DNA from: an uncultured delta proteobacterium
Lineage (GTDB): Bacteria; Myxococcota_A; Polyangia; Fen-1088
Direction: 5' to 3'
Assembly: GCA_963767925.1 (NCBI GenBank)
Contig: CAVYGB010000008.1
Location: 2,336,001-2,400,000 of the forward strand
Length of the DNA: 64,000 nt
The notes beneath the pieces were generated by a model. The model made no database searches, had not been told where the DNA came from, and worked only from the letters and a program-made list of their open reading frames with translations. Positions within the stretch are counted from its first letter, which is position 1. Every line of letters starts with the position of its first letter. The position numbers and the translations under genes are program-made. This document shows, piece after piece, positions 19,547 through 29,652 of this stretch.

Positions 19547-20901
19547 TCGGCTTCAAGAAAGACTGGCAGCTCGCCCGCCGTGAGCTGCTCAAGGGCCTCG
19601 GCATCGGGGCGGCCTGCCTGCCGCTGCTGCGAGCCACCCGCTCGTACGCGCAGGAGGCGGTTTACCCGAGCCGCTTCCTCTGCGTCCTGCTGACCGAGGG
19701 CTACCGGCCCGGGCAGGTGGCGCCGGCGGCCGGGCCGCTGGCCAGCCAGGCGCTGCCGGCGGTGACGGCGCCGCTCGAGAAGCACAAGAACGACCTCATC
19801 ATCATGACCAACCTCGGTAACCCGCAGTTCCGCGGGTGCAACCGCTGGGGCCATGGCACCTACGGGACAATCTTTGCCCAGGACCGGGGCGATCCCGACA
19901 CCGGCAACGGCAAGGAGTACTGGGAGCCGCTCAACGCCACGGTGGACCAGGTCATCGCCAAGGAGATCGCCAAGACGGCGCCCAACCTGACGGTGCCGAG
20001 CATCGCGACCAGCGTGCGGGTGGCGACGAACTCGGGCGGGACCGGGTCGAACCGCTGCTTCTATTCGGGACCGCGCCAGCCGGTCACGCCGGAGGCCGAC
20101 CCCTACAAGATGTTCGACCGGCTGTTCGCCGGGCAGATGTCGGGTGCTGGCGCCATGCCGGGCGCGCCGGACCCGACCGAGAAGCTGCGGGCGGAGCGCC
20201 GGAGCCTCCTCGACTTCGTGGGCGGCTCGCTCGAGAAGTTCGGCCGTCAGATCGGGAGCGACGACCGGGTGCTGATCGAGGGCCACCTCGAGTCGATCCG
20301 GACGCTGGAGCGGTCGTTGACCGCGCCCCGGCCCAGCCTGGGGGCCTGCGGGGTGCAGCTCACCGGAAACGCCGCCCGGCCAATCGACGTCAACTCGAAC
20401 AACAACATCCCCACCCTGCTCGATCTGCACTTCCAGATCATGACGGCGGCGCTCAAGTGCGACGCCACCCGGGTGGCGACTCTGCAGCTCGGGGACGCCA
20501 CCGGCGGCGCCGTCACCTTCCCGTTCGTCGGGGTGGGACGGAACTGGCACAGCATCGGGCACAACCCGGGGGCGGACAAGATCAAGGTCGACGTGTGGGC
20601 CATGCAGCAGTTCGGCGCCCTCCTCGACATGATGAAGGCGGTGCCCGAGGGGCCTGGCCAGACCATGCTGGACCACTCGGCGGTGCTGTGGGCCAACCAC
20701 ATGGAGTCGGGCGACACCCACGGCTCCACCAAGCTGCCCTGGATCCTGGCCGGCAAGTGCAACGGCTTCTTCAAGACCGGCCAGTCCCTGCCCACCACGG
20801 GCAAGAACAACACCCACGTGCTGGCCACGATCTGCAACGCGATGGGGGTCAACGTCGCCTCCTTCGGCGACGGCACGCCCATGCCCGAGCTGCGCGCCTA
20901 G
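19543..20901 (+). CDS. DUF1552 domain protein (Tat signal)
   Basis: RRELLKGLG, TVDQVIA, SLLDFV, HLESIRTLE, ALKCDATRVATLQ; coupled to the upstream DUF1592 gene by an ATGA overlap. Confidence 0.92.
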   Translation: MIGFKKDWQLARRELLKGLGIGAACLPLLRATRSYAQEAVYPSRFLCVLLTEGYRPGQVAPAAGPLASQALPAVTAPLEKHKNDLIIMTNLGNPQFRGCNRWGHGTYGTIFAQDRGDPDTGNGKEYWEPLNATVDQVIAKEIAKTAPNLTVPSIATSVRVATNSGGTGSNRCFYSGPRQPVTPEADPYKMFDRLFAGQMSGAGAMPGAPDPTEKLRAERRSLLDFVGGSLEKFGRQIGSDDRVLIEGHLESIRTLERSLTAPRPSLGACGVQLTGNAARPIDVNSNNNIPTLLDLHFQIMTAALKCDATRVATLQLGDATGGAVTFPFVGVGRNWHSIGHNPGADKIKVDVWAMQQFGALLDMMKAVPEGPGQTMLDHSAVLWANHMESGDTHGSTKLPWILAGKCNGFFKTGQSLPTTGKNNTHVLATICNAMGVNVASFGDGTPMPELRA

Positions 20902-20917
20902 CAGCGCCTCACCCCGC

Positions 20918-22216
20918 TTGGCTGCCGCCGATCGACTGCTCTCGCTGGCGCTCCTGCTGGCGGGCGCGGTCGCGTGCGGCGGCGCGGGGCCGGGGGACGA
21001 AGACGCCGGGCCGGGACGAGATGGCGCCGCCGCCGAGGCTGGACCCGGCGGGGGGCCTGACGGCGGACCGGGGGACACGCCGGCGCCGGTGGTGATCTGC
21101 GGGTCGAGCGCGGACTGCGGGCCAGACCGCTTCTGCAGCCTGCCCGGCGGGACCTGCGTGAGCGCGGTGGCGGGGGTGGCGGCCGGTTCGGTCCACACCT
21201 GCGCCGTGCACCGGGACGGGCGGGTCTCTTGCTGGGGGTACGGCCCCTTCATCGGGCCCGGGTTGCCGCAGGTGACCCCGCCGGTGCCCATCGAGCTCCC
21301 GGGACGGGCGGTCGAGGTGGCGGCGGGCATCCAGGCGAGCTGCGCCCGCCTGGCGACGGGCGGCGTCCAGTGCTGGGGCGACCTGGGAGGTGGACCGGAG
21401 GCCGCCGGGCCGGTGATCAAGGAGGACGGGGCGCCGCTGGCGGGCGCGACCCGGCTGGCGGGGGGCAGCGCGGCGTTCTGCGCGGTCCATCCGGGGGGGA
21501 CGTCGTGCTGGGGGGCCAACGGCGCGTCGGAGCTGGCCCGGCCGGCCGCCCTGTCGTTCCCACCCCGGACCGCGGTGCTGGCCCGGCCGGGGCGGGCGGC
21601 CCTGCTGGCCGCCACGGTGGCCATCCTGGTGCACGACGGGGCCTCGGAGCTGTGCGGCTGGGGCAACAACGACAGCGGCATCGTCCCGGGGCCTCGCGGG
21701 ACCGTGGACCGCCCGAGCTGTGCCGGTATGATTCCCGGCGTGCTCCAGCTCAGCGCCGGGGACGGTCACGTGTGCGCCCGCCGGGGGGGACCGGCCTTCT
21801 CTTGCTGGGGGTCCAACTCGGGCGGTCAGCTCGGCAACGGCGACGAGGGGCGGCTGGAGGTGGCGCTGCCGGGCGAGCGGCAGGAGCTGGCCGCCGACCT
21901 GGTCTCGATCGACAGCGGCGCCTACCACACCTGCGCCCTGCTCGCGACCGGGCAGGTCCAGTGCTGGGGGAGCAACGAGCGGGGCGAGTGTGGGCTGCCA
22001 ACCTCGGCGCCCCGCTACGCGCCGACCGGCCCGGTCCCGTTCGATGCGCCGGTGGTGGCCATCGGCTCGGGCGCCGGCGCCCAGCACACCTGCGGCGTCC
22101 TCGGCGACGGCTCGGTCCATTGCTGGGGCTACGACAACGAGGGGCAGCTCGGCTCGGGCGTGCTCACCCGCGACTCGGATCGCGCCTCGGTGCGGCCCCT
22201 GCCGGTGCGCTGGTGA
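20918..22216 (+). CDS. RCC1/BLIP-II repeat lipoprotein
   Basis: Repeated HTCA...G.V.CWG.N..GQLG motifs; lipobox AVAC. Confidence 0.88.
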   Translation: MAAADRLLSLALLLAGAVACGGAGPGDEDAGPGRDGAAAEAGPGGGPDGGPGDTPAPVVICGSSADCGPDRFCSLPGGTCVSAVAGVAAGSVHTCAVHRDGRVSCWGYGPFIGPGLPQVTPPVPIELPGRAVEVAAGIQASCARLATGGVQCWGDLGGGPEAAGPVIKEDGAPLAGATRLAGGSAAFCAVHPGGTSCWGANGASELARPAALSFPPRTAVLARPGRAALLAATVAILVHDGASELCGWGNNDSGIVPGPRGTVDRPSCAGMIPGVLQLSAGDGHVCARRGGPAFSCWGSNSGGQLGNGDEGRLEVALPGERQELAADLVSIDSGAYHTCALLATGQVQCWGSNERGECGLPTSAPRYAPTGPVPFDAPVVAIGSGAGAQHTCGVLGDGSVHCWGYDNEGQLGSGVLTRDSDRASVRPLPVRW

Positions 22217-23064
22217 CCCGGCCGGGCGTTCCCCCTGCCCTGCTGGACTACCACCGGGGCAACAACCGGGCCTCCGCCGAGCTGGGGGCGCACTTTGCCG
22301 ACCACCGCGCCCGCCTGAGCGCCCTCATCCTCGGAGAGAGCGGCGGCGGCACCCTGGCCCTGCTGGGGGCGGGCAACTGCAACGACGTCGACCTGCCGGC
22401 CCTGGCGGCGGCCCACGATCGGGTCCACCTGGTCGACCTCGACGAGGAGGCCCTGCGACGGGCCCGCGACCGACAGCCGCCCGAGGTGGCGGTCCGGCTG
22501 GCGCTGGCGCCCGCCGACCTCAGCGGGGTGTTCGCCGAGCTGCCGCGCCTGCGGGGCAAGAGCCTCCCGCCCGAGCGCCTGCAGGCGCTGCCGGGGGAGG
22601 CGGTCGAGCGGGTGCTCGCCGCCTTGCCCGGCCCCTTCGACACGGTCGTCTCCTGCTGCCTGCTCAGCCAGCTCATGCATAGCTGCTACCTCGGTCTGGG
22701 CCCCCACCCTCAGCTCGATGACATCGGAGCGGCGGTGGCCGCCGCCCACCTGCGCGCGCTGGTGGCGCTGGCCCGGCCCGGTGGCCGGATCGTGCTGGCC
22801 ACCGACGTTGTCTCATCGGAGAGCTACCCCCTCGAGGAGCTGTGGGGCCAGCGCACCCCCGGCGCGTTGCTCGCGCACCTGGAGGCGTCGGGAAATTATC
22901 TGTCGGGGACGGCCCCCTCGTCGCTGCGGCGGGTGCTGGCCGCCCGCGAGCTGCCCCTCGAGCAGCCCCCCCGGCTGGTCGAACCCTGGCTGTGGCGGCT
23001 GGACGGCAACCTCACCTTCCTCGTCTACGCCTTCGTCCTGCGCCGCCGCCCGGCCGGCGGCTGA
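22213..23064 (+). CDS. SAM-dependent methyltransferase-like protein
   Basis: GTGA overlap with the RCC1 gene. LALLGAGNCNDVDL, HLVDLD, FDTVVSCCLLSQL, ARPGGRIVL. Confidence 0.65.
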   Translation: MTRPGVPPALLDYHRGNNRASAELGAHFADHRARLSALILGESGGGTLALLGAGNCNDVDLPALAAAHDRVHLVDLDEEALRRARDRQPPEVAVRLALAPADLSGVFAELPRLRGKSLPPERLQALPGEAVERVLAALPGPFDTVVSCCLLSQLMHSCYLGLGPHPQLDDIGAAVAAAHLRALVALARPGGRIVLATDVVSSESYPLEELWGQRTPGALLAHLEASGNYLSGTAPSSLRRVLAARELPLEQPPRLVEPWLWRLDGNLTFLVYAFVLRRRPAGG

Positions 23065-23073
23065 TCACCGGCC

Positions 23074-23889
23074 TCAGGTCCCCGCACGGGCGGGCAGGAC
23101 CACGCTGGCGGCGGCGGGGCGGGCGGCCGTCCGGGGGGAAAAGGCGAAGACCACCCAGGGCACCAGCAGGCACAGCCCCATCCAGACCAGGCTGAGCTGG
23201 AGCTGGCTGGCCTCGCCCACCAGGACGACCTTGATGGCGCCCTGGACCACCCAGTGCACGAGGGCGGCGCCCCAGATGGTGTTACCGCCCAGCTCGTAGA
23301 GGCGGGCCAGGGGAAAGGTGATGACGAGCGAGGTGATCACCGCCGCGGCCGCCACCGCCAGGTCCATGCGGGCAAACAGCACCAGGTGCACGGCGAGAAA
23401 CGGGAGCATGCCCAGGAGCGCCGCCTGCCAGAAGGTCCGCCCCTCGCGCAGGCGCCCGAACAGGTAGCCACGAAAGAGCACCTCCTCCGCCACCCCCGCC
23501 TGGGCGAACAGGCCGGGCAGCAGCAGGAGCCAGCCCGGCCGCAGGGCCAGGCGCGTCCCGGTGGCCCAGGCGAAGGCCGGGAAACAGGCCAGCATCAGCA
23601 GCGAGACCACCCCCGCAGCCAGCCAGCCGGCCGCCCGGGGCCGCCCCAGGCCCACCCGCCCGGGGGCCGCTGCCAGCGGCGGACCAAACAGGAGCCACTG
23701 GGCCAGAAGCACCGCCGCCACCACCACCACGCCGACCAGCAGGCCGGCCTCGCCGAGCTGGCTGTTGGTGGCGAGGGCGAGCCGGTCGAAGAGGATCCAG
23801 ATCAGGGCGACGCTGACCATCAACCGGGCCAGGCGCCAGGGCCCCGTCGTGGCCCCCACCTCTGCGCTTGCGTCCATGGCGGCAGTCAA
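23074..23889 (-). CDS. CPBP (CAAX/Abi) family intramembrane metalloprotease
   Basis: AEEVLFRGYLF, FLAVH and AALVH motifs; multi-TM. Confidence 0.85.
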   Translation of the reverse strand: MTAAMDASAEVGATTGPWRLARLMVSVALIWILFDRLALATNSQLGEAGLLVGVVVVAAVLLAQWLLFGPPLAAAPGRVGLGRPRAAGWLAAGVVSLLMLACFPAFAWATGTRLALRPGWLLLLPGLFAQAGVAEEVLFRGYLFGRLREGRTFWQAALLGMLPFLAVHLVLFARMDLAVAAAAVITSLVITFPLARLYELGGNTIWGAALVHWVVQGAIKVVLVGEASQLQLSLVWMGLCLLVPWVVFAFSPRTAARPAAASVVLPARAGT

Positions 23890-23987
23890 CCCCAGACGGG
23901 GGCACGGCGCAATGCCGGCAGGCCCCCGACGGGGCAGGTCGGTCGGGCTCGGGCAGGGGTTTCAGGGAAGGGGCTCAGGGAACGGGC

Positions 23988-24611
23988 TCAGGGAACGATC
24001 TTCGGGTCGGCGCCGGCGGCCGAGCTGGCCGCGGGGGCGCAGACGTCCTCGCTGCAGGTGCGCGAGCAGCACTCGCTGGCGATCCGGCAGGCCGAGCCGG
24101 TCGGGGTGCAGGCTCCCTCCTCGGTGAAGGAGATGTCGACCTTGGCCCGGCCGTTGCGGACCATGACGAGGTCGACGTTGCTGAGCCGTCCCAGCACGAC
24201 CGAGGTCTCGACAGGCTGGCTGGCCCAGGCGGCGATGGTGCTCTTGCTGACCGAGGTGCAGGCCGCGGTGAAGGCCTCGCCGAGGAAGGTGACCGTCCCG
24301 AGCGGAAGGCCCGAGAGGTTCTGGGTGAGGCTGGTGCTGCCCGAGGTCTCGAGCTCGCGCTCGACGGTGCGGCCCGGGCCGGCGGCGCTGACCCGGATGC
24401 AGCGGACGTCCGAGGGCACCACCGCGATGCGGAGCACGACCTGTTCGACCCCGTCGTCCTCGGGCAAGGGCTCCAGGCCGTAAAGGCCACATGCGCCGGC
24501 GCCGGCGGCGAGGCCGGCGAAGGCCAGCGCGGAGAGCGCACGGCAGAGGTGACGAGAGAGATTGGAGGAAAGATGAGAAGAGAGAGGAGAAGACAGATGA
24601 GCTGGGTACAT
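23988..24611 (-). CDS. Hypothetical lipoprotein with Cys-rich C-terminus
   Basis: Signal ending AGAC; C-terminal CTPTGSACRIASECCSRTCSEDVC. Confidence 0.65.
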   Translation of the reverse strand: MYPAHLSSPLSSHLSSNLSRHLCRALSALAFAGLAAGAGACGLYGLEPLPEDDGVEQVVLRIAVVPSDVRCIRVSAAGPGRTVERELETSGSTSLTQNLSGLPLGTVTFLGEAFTAACTSVSKSTIAAWASQPVETSVVLGRLSNVDLVMVRNGRAKVDISFTEEGACTPTGSACRIASECCSRTCSEDVCAPAASSAAGADPKIVP

Positions 24612-24826
24612 GAACGACCTCCTTTGCAAACCGCGGGCTCGGGCACCCGCGCAGGAAAGAGGTGTCGGCGCGCGGGCTTCCCGTTTGCCGGCGTCCGGAG
24701 CCTGGCCGCCCCGGTCCAGCGCCCGGACAGCCCGCCCGCGATCAGGACGCCGCAGCCCCCCCGTCATCGAGGGGCGGGGCGGACCGTTGCAGAAAGGACC
24801 GGGTCCCTCGCTGCGCGCGGGTCCAG

Positions 24827-26205
24827 CTAGCGCAGGCGGCGGCGGAGGTAGTTGAGGACGTCGATGCGGGTGATGAGGCCCAGGAACCGCTCGCCATCGA
24901 CGACGATGGCCACCATCCCCTGATCGAAGATCGGCAGCAGCGAAGCCACCGGCGCCGACGGGGACACCGTCGTCAGGCGGCTGGTCATGAAGTCGCGGAC
25001 CGGGCGGCGGAAGGCCTCGGGCGCGCGCGAGGCGGCCAGCAACAGGTCGGACTCGTCGAGCATGCCCACGATCTGGTCGTTCTCCAGCACGGGCAGCTGG
25101 GACACGTCGTAGAGCTTCATGCGACCGTGGGCCACCAGCAGATTGTCGTCGGTCGACACCGCCACCACCGAGTGGCGCTCGTGGCTGCGGGCGATGAGGT
25201 CGCGCAGGTCGCCAGTCTCGGGGCCGCGCAGCAGGCCCTGGTCGCGCATCCAGAAGTCGTTGAACATCTTCGACAGGTACTTGTTGCCGCTGTCGCAGAT
25301 GAAGGTGACCACCCGCTTGGGGGTCTTCTGCTCGCGGCAGTAGCGCAGGGCCGCCGCCACCAGCGTGCCCGAGGAGGAGCCGGCCAGGATGCCCTCCTGG
25401 CGGAGCAGGGCGCGCGCGGTGGTCAGGCTCTCCTCGTCGGTGATGGTGTAGGCCTGGCGCACCCGGGAGAGATCGGCGATGGAGGGCATGAAGTCCTCGC
25501 CGATGCCCTCGACCAGCCAGGAGCCGGCCTCGCCGATCTGCCCGCGTCTTCACGTAGTCGGCGAGGACCGAGCCGGCCGGGTCGGCCAGCACCATCTCGA
25601 CCTGCGGGCGCCACCCGGGCGAAGTAGCGCGACAGGCCGGTGATGGTGCCGCCCGAGCCGACGCCGCACACGACGGCGTCGAGGCGGCCGTCCATCTGCT
25701 TCCAGATCTCGGGCGCGGTCGTGCTCTCGTGGGCGGCGGGTTGGCCGGGTTGCCGAACTGGTTGATGTAGTAGCCGCCGACCTCGCGGGCCAGCCGCTCG
25801 GCCATGTCCTGGTAGTAGTCGGGGTGGCCCTTGGCCACGTCGGAGCGGGTCATCCGCACGTCGGCGCCCAGCGCGCGCAGGTGAAAGATCTTCTCCTGGC
25901 TCATCTTGTCGGGGATGACGAGCACGCAGCGGTAGCCCTTGCGGGCCGCCACCAGGGCCAGCCCCAGGCCGGTGTTGCCGGCGGTGGCCTCGACCAGGGT
26001 GGCGCCCGGACCGATGTGCGCCCGCGCGCTCGGCCGCCTCGATCATGGCCAGGCCGATGCGGTCTTTGATCGAGCCGCCCGGGTTCTGGCTCTCGAGCTT
26101 GACGTACAGCTCGCAGGGCCCGGTGTCGAAGGACTCCAGGCGGCAGAGCGGCGTGTTGCCGATCAGCGGGAGGATGCCCGAGACCGGAGGGGCCGCGGCG
26201 CTCAT
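24827..26205 (-). CDS. Cystathionine beta-synthase with CBS domains (frameshifted)
   Basis: IGNTPL, KLESQNPGGSIKDRIG, KMSQEK, NQFGNPANP, GVGSGGTITG, GSSSG, CDSGNKYLSK and a C-terminal CBS pair, spread over several frames. Confidence 0.9.
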
Positions 26206-27395
26206 CGGCCCCGCGCGGCCCGCAGCCCGCCCTCCAGATCACCCCAGAGATCTTCCACGTGCTCGAGCCCCACCGACAGGCGCACCAGCGAATCGCTGAT
26301 GCCCAGTCCCCGGCGGATCTCGGCCGGGATCGAGGCGTGGGTCATGATGGCGGGGTGCTCGGCGAGCGACTCGACGCCGCCCAGGCTCTCGGCCAGGGTG
26401 AACAGCTTGAGGGTCTTGAGGAACCGGCGCGACTCGTCCAGCCCGCCCTCCAGCTCCAGGCTGATCATGCCGCCGGGGCCGCTCATCTGCTTGCGGGCCA
26501 GGGCCGTGCTGCGGGTGGCTGGCCAGCCCGGGGTAGTGGACCCGCTTGACGCCGGGAGCGGCCTCCAGCCGGCGGGCCAGCTCGCTGGCGCTCTCGACGT
26601 GGCGTTGCATGCGCAGGGGCAAGGTCTTGAGGCCGCGCAGCACCAGGTAGCAGTCCATCGGACCGGGGACCGCGCCGATGGCGTTCTGCAGGAAGGCCAG
26701 GCGCTTGCCCAGCTCCCGGTCGCTGGTGACGATGGCGCCCCCCGACCACGTCGGAGTGACCGTTTATGTATTTGGTTGTCGAGTGCAGGACCGCGGTCGG
26801 CCCCCAGGGCTAGCGGCCGCTGCAGCACCGGCGAGGCGAAGGTGTTGTCGACGACCACCGGGATGCCGCGCGCCCGGCCCAGCGCCGATACGGCCGCGAT
26901 GTCGACGAGCTTCAGCATCGGGTTGGTCGGGGTCTCGAGCCAGATCATGCGCGTATTCGGCCGCAGCCCGCCGCCTCGACGTTGTCCGCCGATGCGCATG
27001 TCGACGAAGGTGACCTCGATGCCCAGCGGCCGGATCACCGAGTTGAACAGGCGGTAGGTCCCGCCGTAGACGTCGTCGCCGCACAAGACGTGGTCGCCCG
27101 GGCGCAGGGTGTTGAGCATGGTGGCGGCCGCGCCGCAGCCGCTGCCGAAGGCGAAGCCGAGCTCTCCGCCCTCGAGCGCGGCCAGCGCCGCCTCCAGCGC
27201 CGCCCGGGTTGGGTTGCCGCTGCGCGAATAGTCGTAGCGCAGCGGCTTGCCCGGCTCGGGCTGGGCGAAGGTGCTGGACAGCACGATCGGTTGCATCACC
27301 GCACCATGGATCGGGTCCGGGTGCTGGCCGCCGTGGATGGCGACGGTCTCGATGCGGGGAGCGGTCGCCGCCTCCCGGCCCTCCGTGTCGCTCAT
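26202..27395 (-). CDS. Cystathionine gamma-lyase/synthase (frameshifted)
   Basis: YDYSRSGNPTR, DDVYGGTYRLF, WLETPTNPML, VDNTFASP, LRGLKTL, TLAESLGGVESL, RLSVGLE. Confidence 0.92.
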   Translation of the reverse strand: MSDTEGREAATAPRIETVAIHGGQHPDPIHGAVMQPIVLSSTFAQPEPGKPLRYDYSRSGNPTRAALEAALAALEGGELGFAFGSGCGAAATMLNTLRPGDHVLCGDDVYGGTYRLFNSVIRPLGIEVTFVDMRIGGQRRGGGLRPNTRMIWLETPTNPMLKLVDIAAVSALGRARGIPVVVDNTFASPVLQRPLALGADRGPALDNQIHKRSLRRGRGAPSSPATGSWASAWPSCRTPSARSPVRWTATWCCAASRPCPCACNATSRAPASWPAGWRPLPASSGSTTPGWPATRSTALARKQMSGPGGMISLELEGGLDESRRFLKTLKLFTLAESLGGVESLAEHPAIMTHASIPAEIRRGLGISDSLVRLSVGLEHVEDLWGDLEGGLRAARGR

Positions 27396-27503
27396 ACCGT
27401 CGAGGATAGCCGATCGCGGTGGCCTCGGCCCACCGCGCCCGATCAGAGCCCTTGCCCACCTGAGCGCCCATTGTTAGCGTGCTTACCGAGCTCGACGCCG
27501 GTA

Positions 27504-28781
27504 ATGCGGAGAGCCCCCGACCGCATGCGCACGCGCGACCACAACGGCGCCCTGCCCCTCGGAACGATCCTGGGCGACGCCTACCGACTCGTGCGCCGCC
27601 TGGCCGACGGCGGGATGGGCACCGTCTACGAGGCCGAGCAGCTTCGCCTGCGCCGGCGGTTCGCGGTCAAGGTCATGGCCCGCGAGCTGGCGACAAACCG
27701 GGAGGCGCTGACCCGGTTTCACCGGGAGGCGGAGATCCTGGCCCAGCTCGCCCACCCCCACATCGTCCAGATCGCCGACTTCGGCACCGCCCCCGCCGGC
27801 CAGCCCTACCTGGTGATGGAGTACCTCGACGGCGAGGACCTCGAGCGCCGCCTGCGACGGACCGGCCGGCTGCCGCTGGCCGAGGTCGTCCACATCGTGC
27901 GGCAGATCGGGTCGGCGCTGGCCGCCACCCACGGGCGGGGCATCGTTCACCGCGACCTCAAGCCGGCCAACGTTTTCCTGCTCGACATCGAAGGGGAGCC
28001 CGACTTCGTCAAAGTGGTGGACTTCGGCATCTCCAAGCAGAAGAACGCCGACATCAAGCTGACCCGCACCTCGTCGCTGATGGGCACCCCGCACTACATG
28101 GCGCCCGAGCAGGTCAGCGGGAACCTCGACGCCGTCGATCACCGCACCGACCAGTGGGCCCTGGCCTGCATCGCCTGGGAGATGCTGAGCGGCCACCCGC
28201 CGTTCGACGGCAAGGAGATCACCGCGCTCTTTTACAACGTCGTGCACGCCCCGCCCGGACCGCTGGCCGGCCGGGTGAACGGCCTGCCTCCCGACGTCGA
28301 GGCGGTGCTCCGGCGGGCGCTGTCCAAGCGCCCCGCCGACCGCTTCGCCAGCGTCACCGCCTGCAGCCGGGCCTTCGAAGCCGCGGCCACCCCGGGTGGC
28401 CGCTCCAGCCGGATCCTGGGCGATCCGCTGCCCGCCGGTGGTCCGGCCTGGGCCCCCCGCCTGGCCGACCGGTTCGTCGTCCTCGCCCGCACCCTCGTCG
28501 GCGCGCGGGCGATGGAGCCGCCTCCTCCGCCCCCGCCGGCCCCTCCCCCCAACCCGGGTCCGCTGGGCCGGTTCACCGCCTTCTTCCAGCGGGCCGAAGT
28601 CGTCACGCCCTCCCCGCGCGAGGAGGTCCGCCGGCCCCGGCGCCGGCGCCGCTGGCCGCTGCTGGCCGCCCTGTCGCTTCTGGCGGGGACGGCCTGGCTG
28701 CTCGGGCCACAGGCGCCGCCCCGCTGGCCGCTCGCCGCCTGGGTCCCCTACCTCGCGCCGGCGCCCCTCTCCTCACGCTGA
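27504..28781 (+). CDS. Serine/threonine protein kinase with C-terminal TM segment
   Basis: LADGGMGTVY, AVKV, HRDLKPANVFL, DFGISK, GTPHYMAPEQ. Start is 27504 or 27525. Confidence 0.93.
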   Translation: MRRAPDRMRTRDHNGALPLGTILGDAYRLVRRLADGGMGTVYEAEQLRLRRRFAVKVMARELATNREALTRFHREAEILAQLAHPHIVQIADFGTAPAGQPYLVMEYLDGEDLERRLRRTGRLPLAEVVHIVRQIGSALAATHGRGIVHRDLKPANVFLLDIEGEPDFVKVVDFGISKQKNADIKLTRTSSLMGTPHYMAPEQVSGNLDAVDHRTDQWALACIAWEMLSGHPPFDGKEITALFYNVVHAPPGPLAGRVNGLPPDVEAVLRRALSKRPADRFASVTACSRAFEAAATPGGRSSRILGDPLPAGGPAWAPRLADRFVVLARTLVGARAMEPPPPPPPAPPPNPGPLGRFTAFFQRAEVVTPSPREEVRRPRRRRRWPLLAALSLLAGTAWLLGPQAPPRWPLAAWVPYLAPAPLSSR

Positions 28782-28974
28782 GGACGCCGGCTGCGAGGCC
28801 GGCGGGCCGGCTCCTCGTCCCCGGTCAGCGCGGGAAACAGGACGCGGGCCAGGCGATCGAGCAAGGGCGAGCCAGGAAGCCGGCCACGCCCGCCAGGACG
28901 AACAGCCCGAGCTCGGTGCGCAGCGCCCAGGGCGCCACCGTCGCCTGACCGGGGAGCAGCAGCACGACGAAGGG

Positions 28975-29620
28975 TCACCAGCAGCCCGACCAGGGTGCCC
29001 TCGATGGCCCGGCGGCGCAGGCGCCGGAGGCGAGCCGGCCGCAAGCCGGAGGCCAGGCCGCCCAGCAGCCCGCCGGACACGGCGGGGTCCCGCACAGCTC
29101 GGTCAGATAGCCCGGCAGGCCGTCGAGCGAGAGGATCTTGGCCCCCTTTGTCGCGGCGATGGCCGCGTTCGGCATCTGGGCGCTCTCCGCGGTCCGGGGA
29201 TCCTCCACGACGACCAGGCCCCCCCGCCGCTTGATGCGCGCGCAGCCGCTGGCGCCGTCGCCGTTGAGGCCGGTCAAGATCAACCCGAGCACCCGGGGCC
29301 CGAAGGCGTCGGCGACCGATTCGAACAGCACGTCGACCGAAGGCCGGGCGTGATTCACCGGGCCTCGGTCGACAGGGCCAGGGTGGGCCCCTCCACCAGC
29401 AGGTGGTAGTCGGCGGGCGCCAGGCGAAGGGGTAGGTCCGCAGGAGCGGCAGGATCTTCTGGCGAAAGGCCAGTTTCTCGAGGATGTCGATCCCGTCCTT
29501 GCCGTCCTCGGCGTACAGCACCGTGATGCCGTGGCGTTCGAGCACGGTGGTGAGGGCCTAGATGTTGCGGACGTCGTCGTCGATGACGAGGACCCGGCGC
29601 CCCCGCGGGAGGGAGACGAG
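28975..29620 (-). pseudogene. Chimeric remnant: receiver fragment + CheR fragment + CheB C-terminal half
   Basis: VLVIDDDVRNI*ALTTVLE...AEDGKDGIDILE (receiver, internal TAG), then in frame FRQKILPLLRTYPF (CheR-like), then frameshifts into APADYHLLVE...VNHARPSVDVLFES...ILTGLNGDGASG...DPRTAESAQMP (CheB). Confidence 0.75.
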
Positions 29621-29652
29621 GCGAGCGCGCGCGGCGCGAGCTGGCCCGAGCG

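Noticed and set aside
17795..20901. DUF1592/DUF1552 pair as a novel system
   Set aside because: A widespread, well-catalogued gene pair in myxobacteria and planctomycetes; nothing distinctive here.
23988..25952. 654-aa apparent fusion of cystathionine beta-synthase with a lipoprotein
   Set aside because: An artefact of frameshifts: the CBS gene ends at 24827 and the lipoprotein starts separately at 24611.
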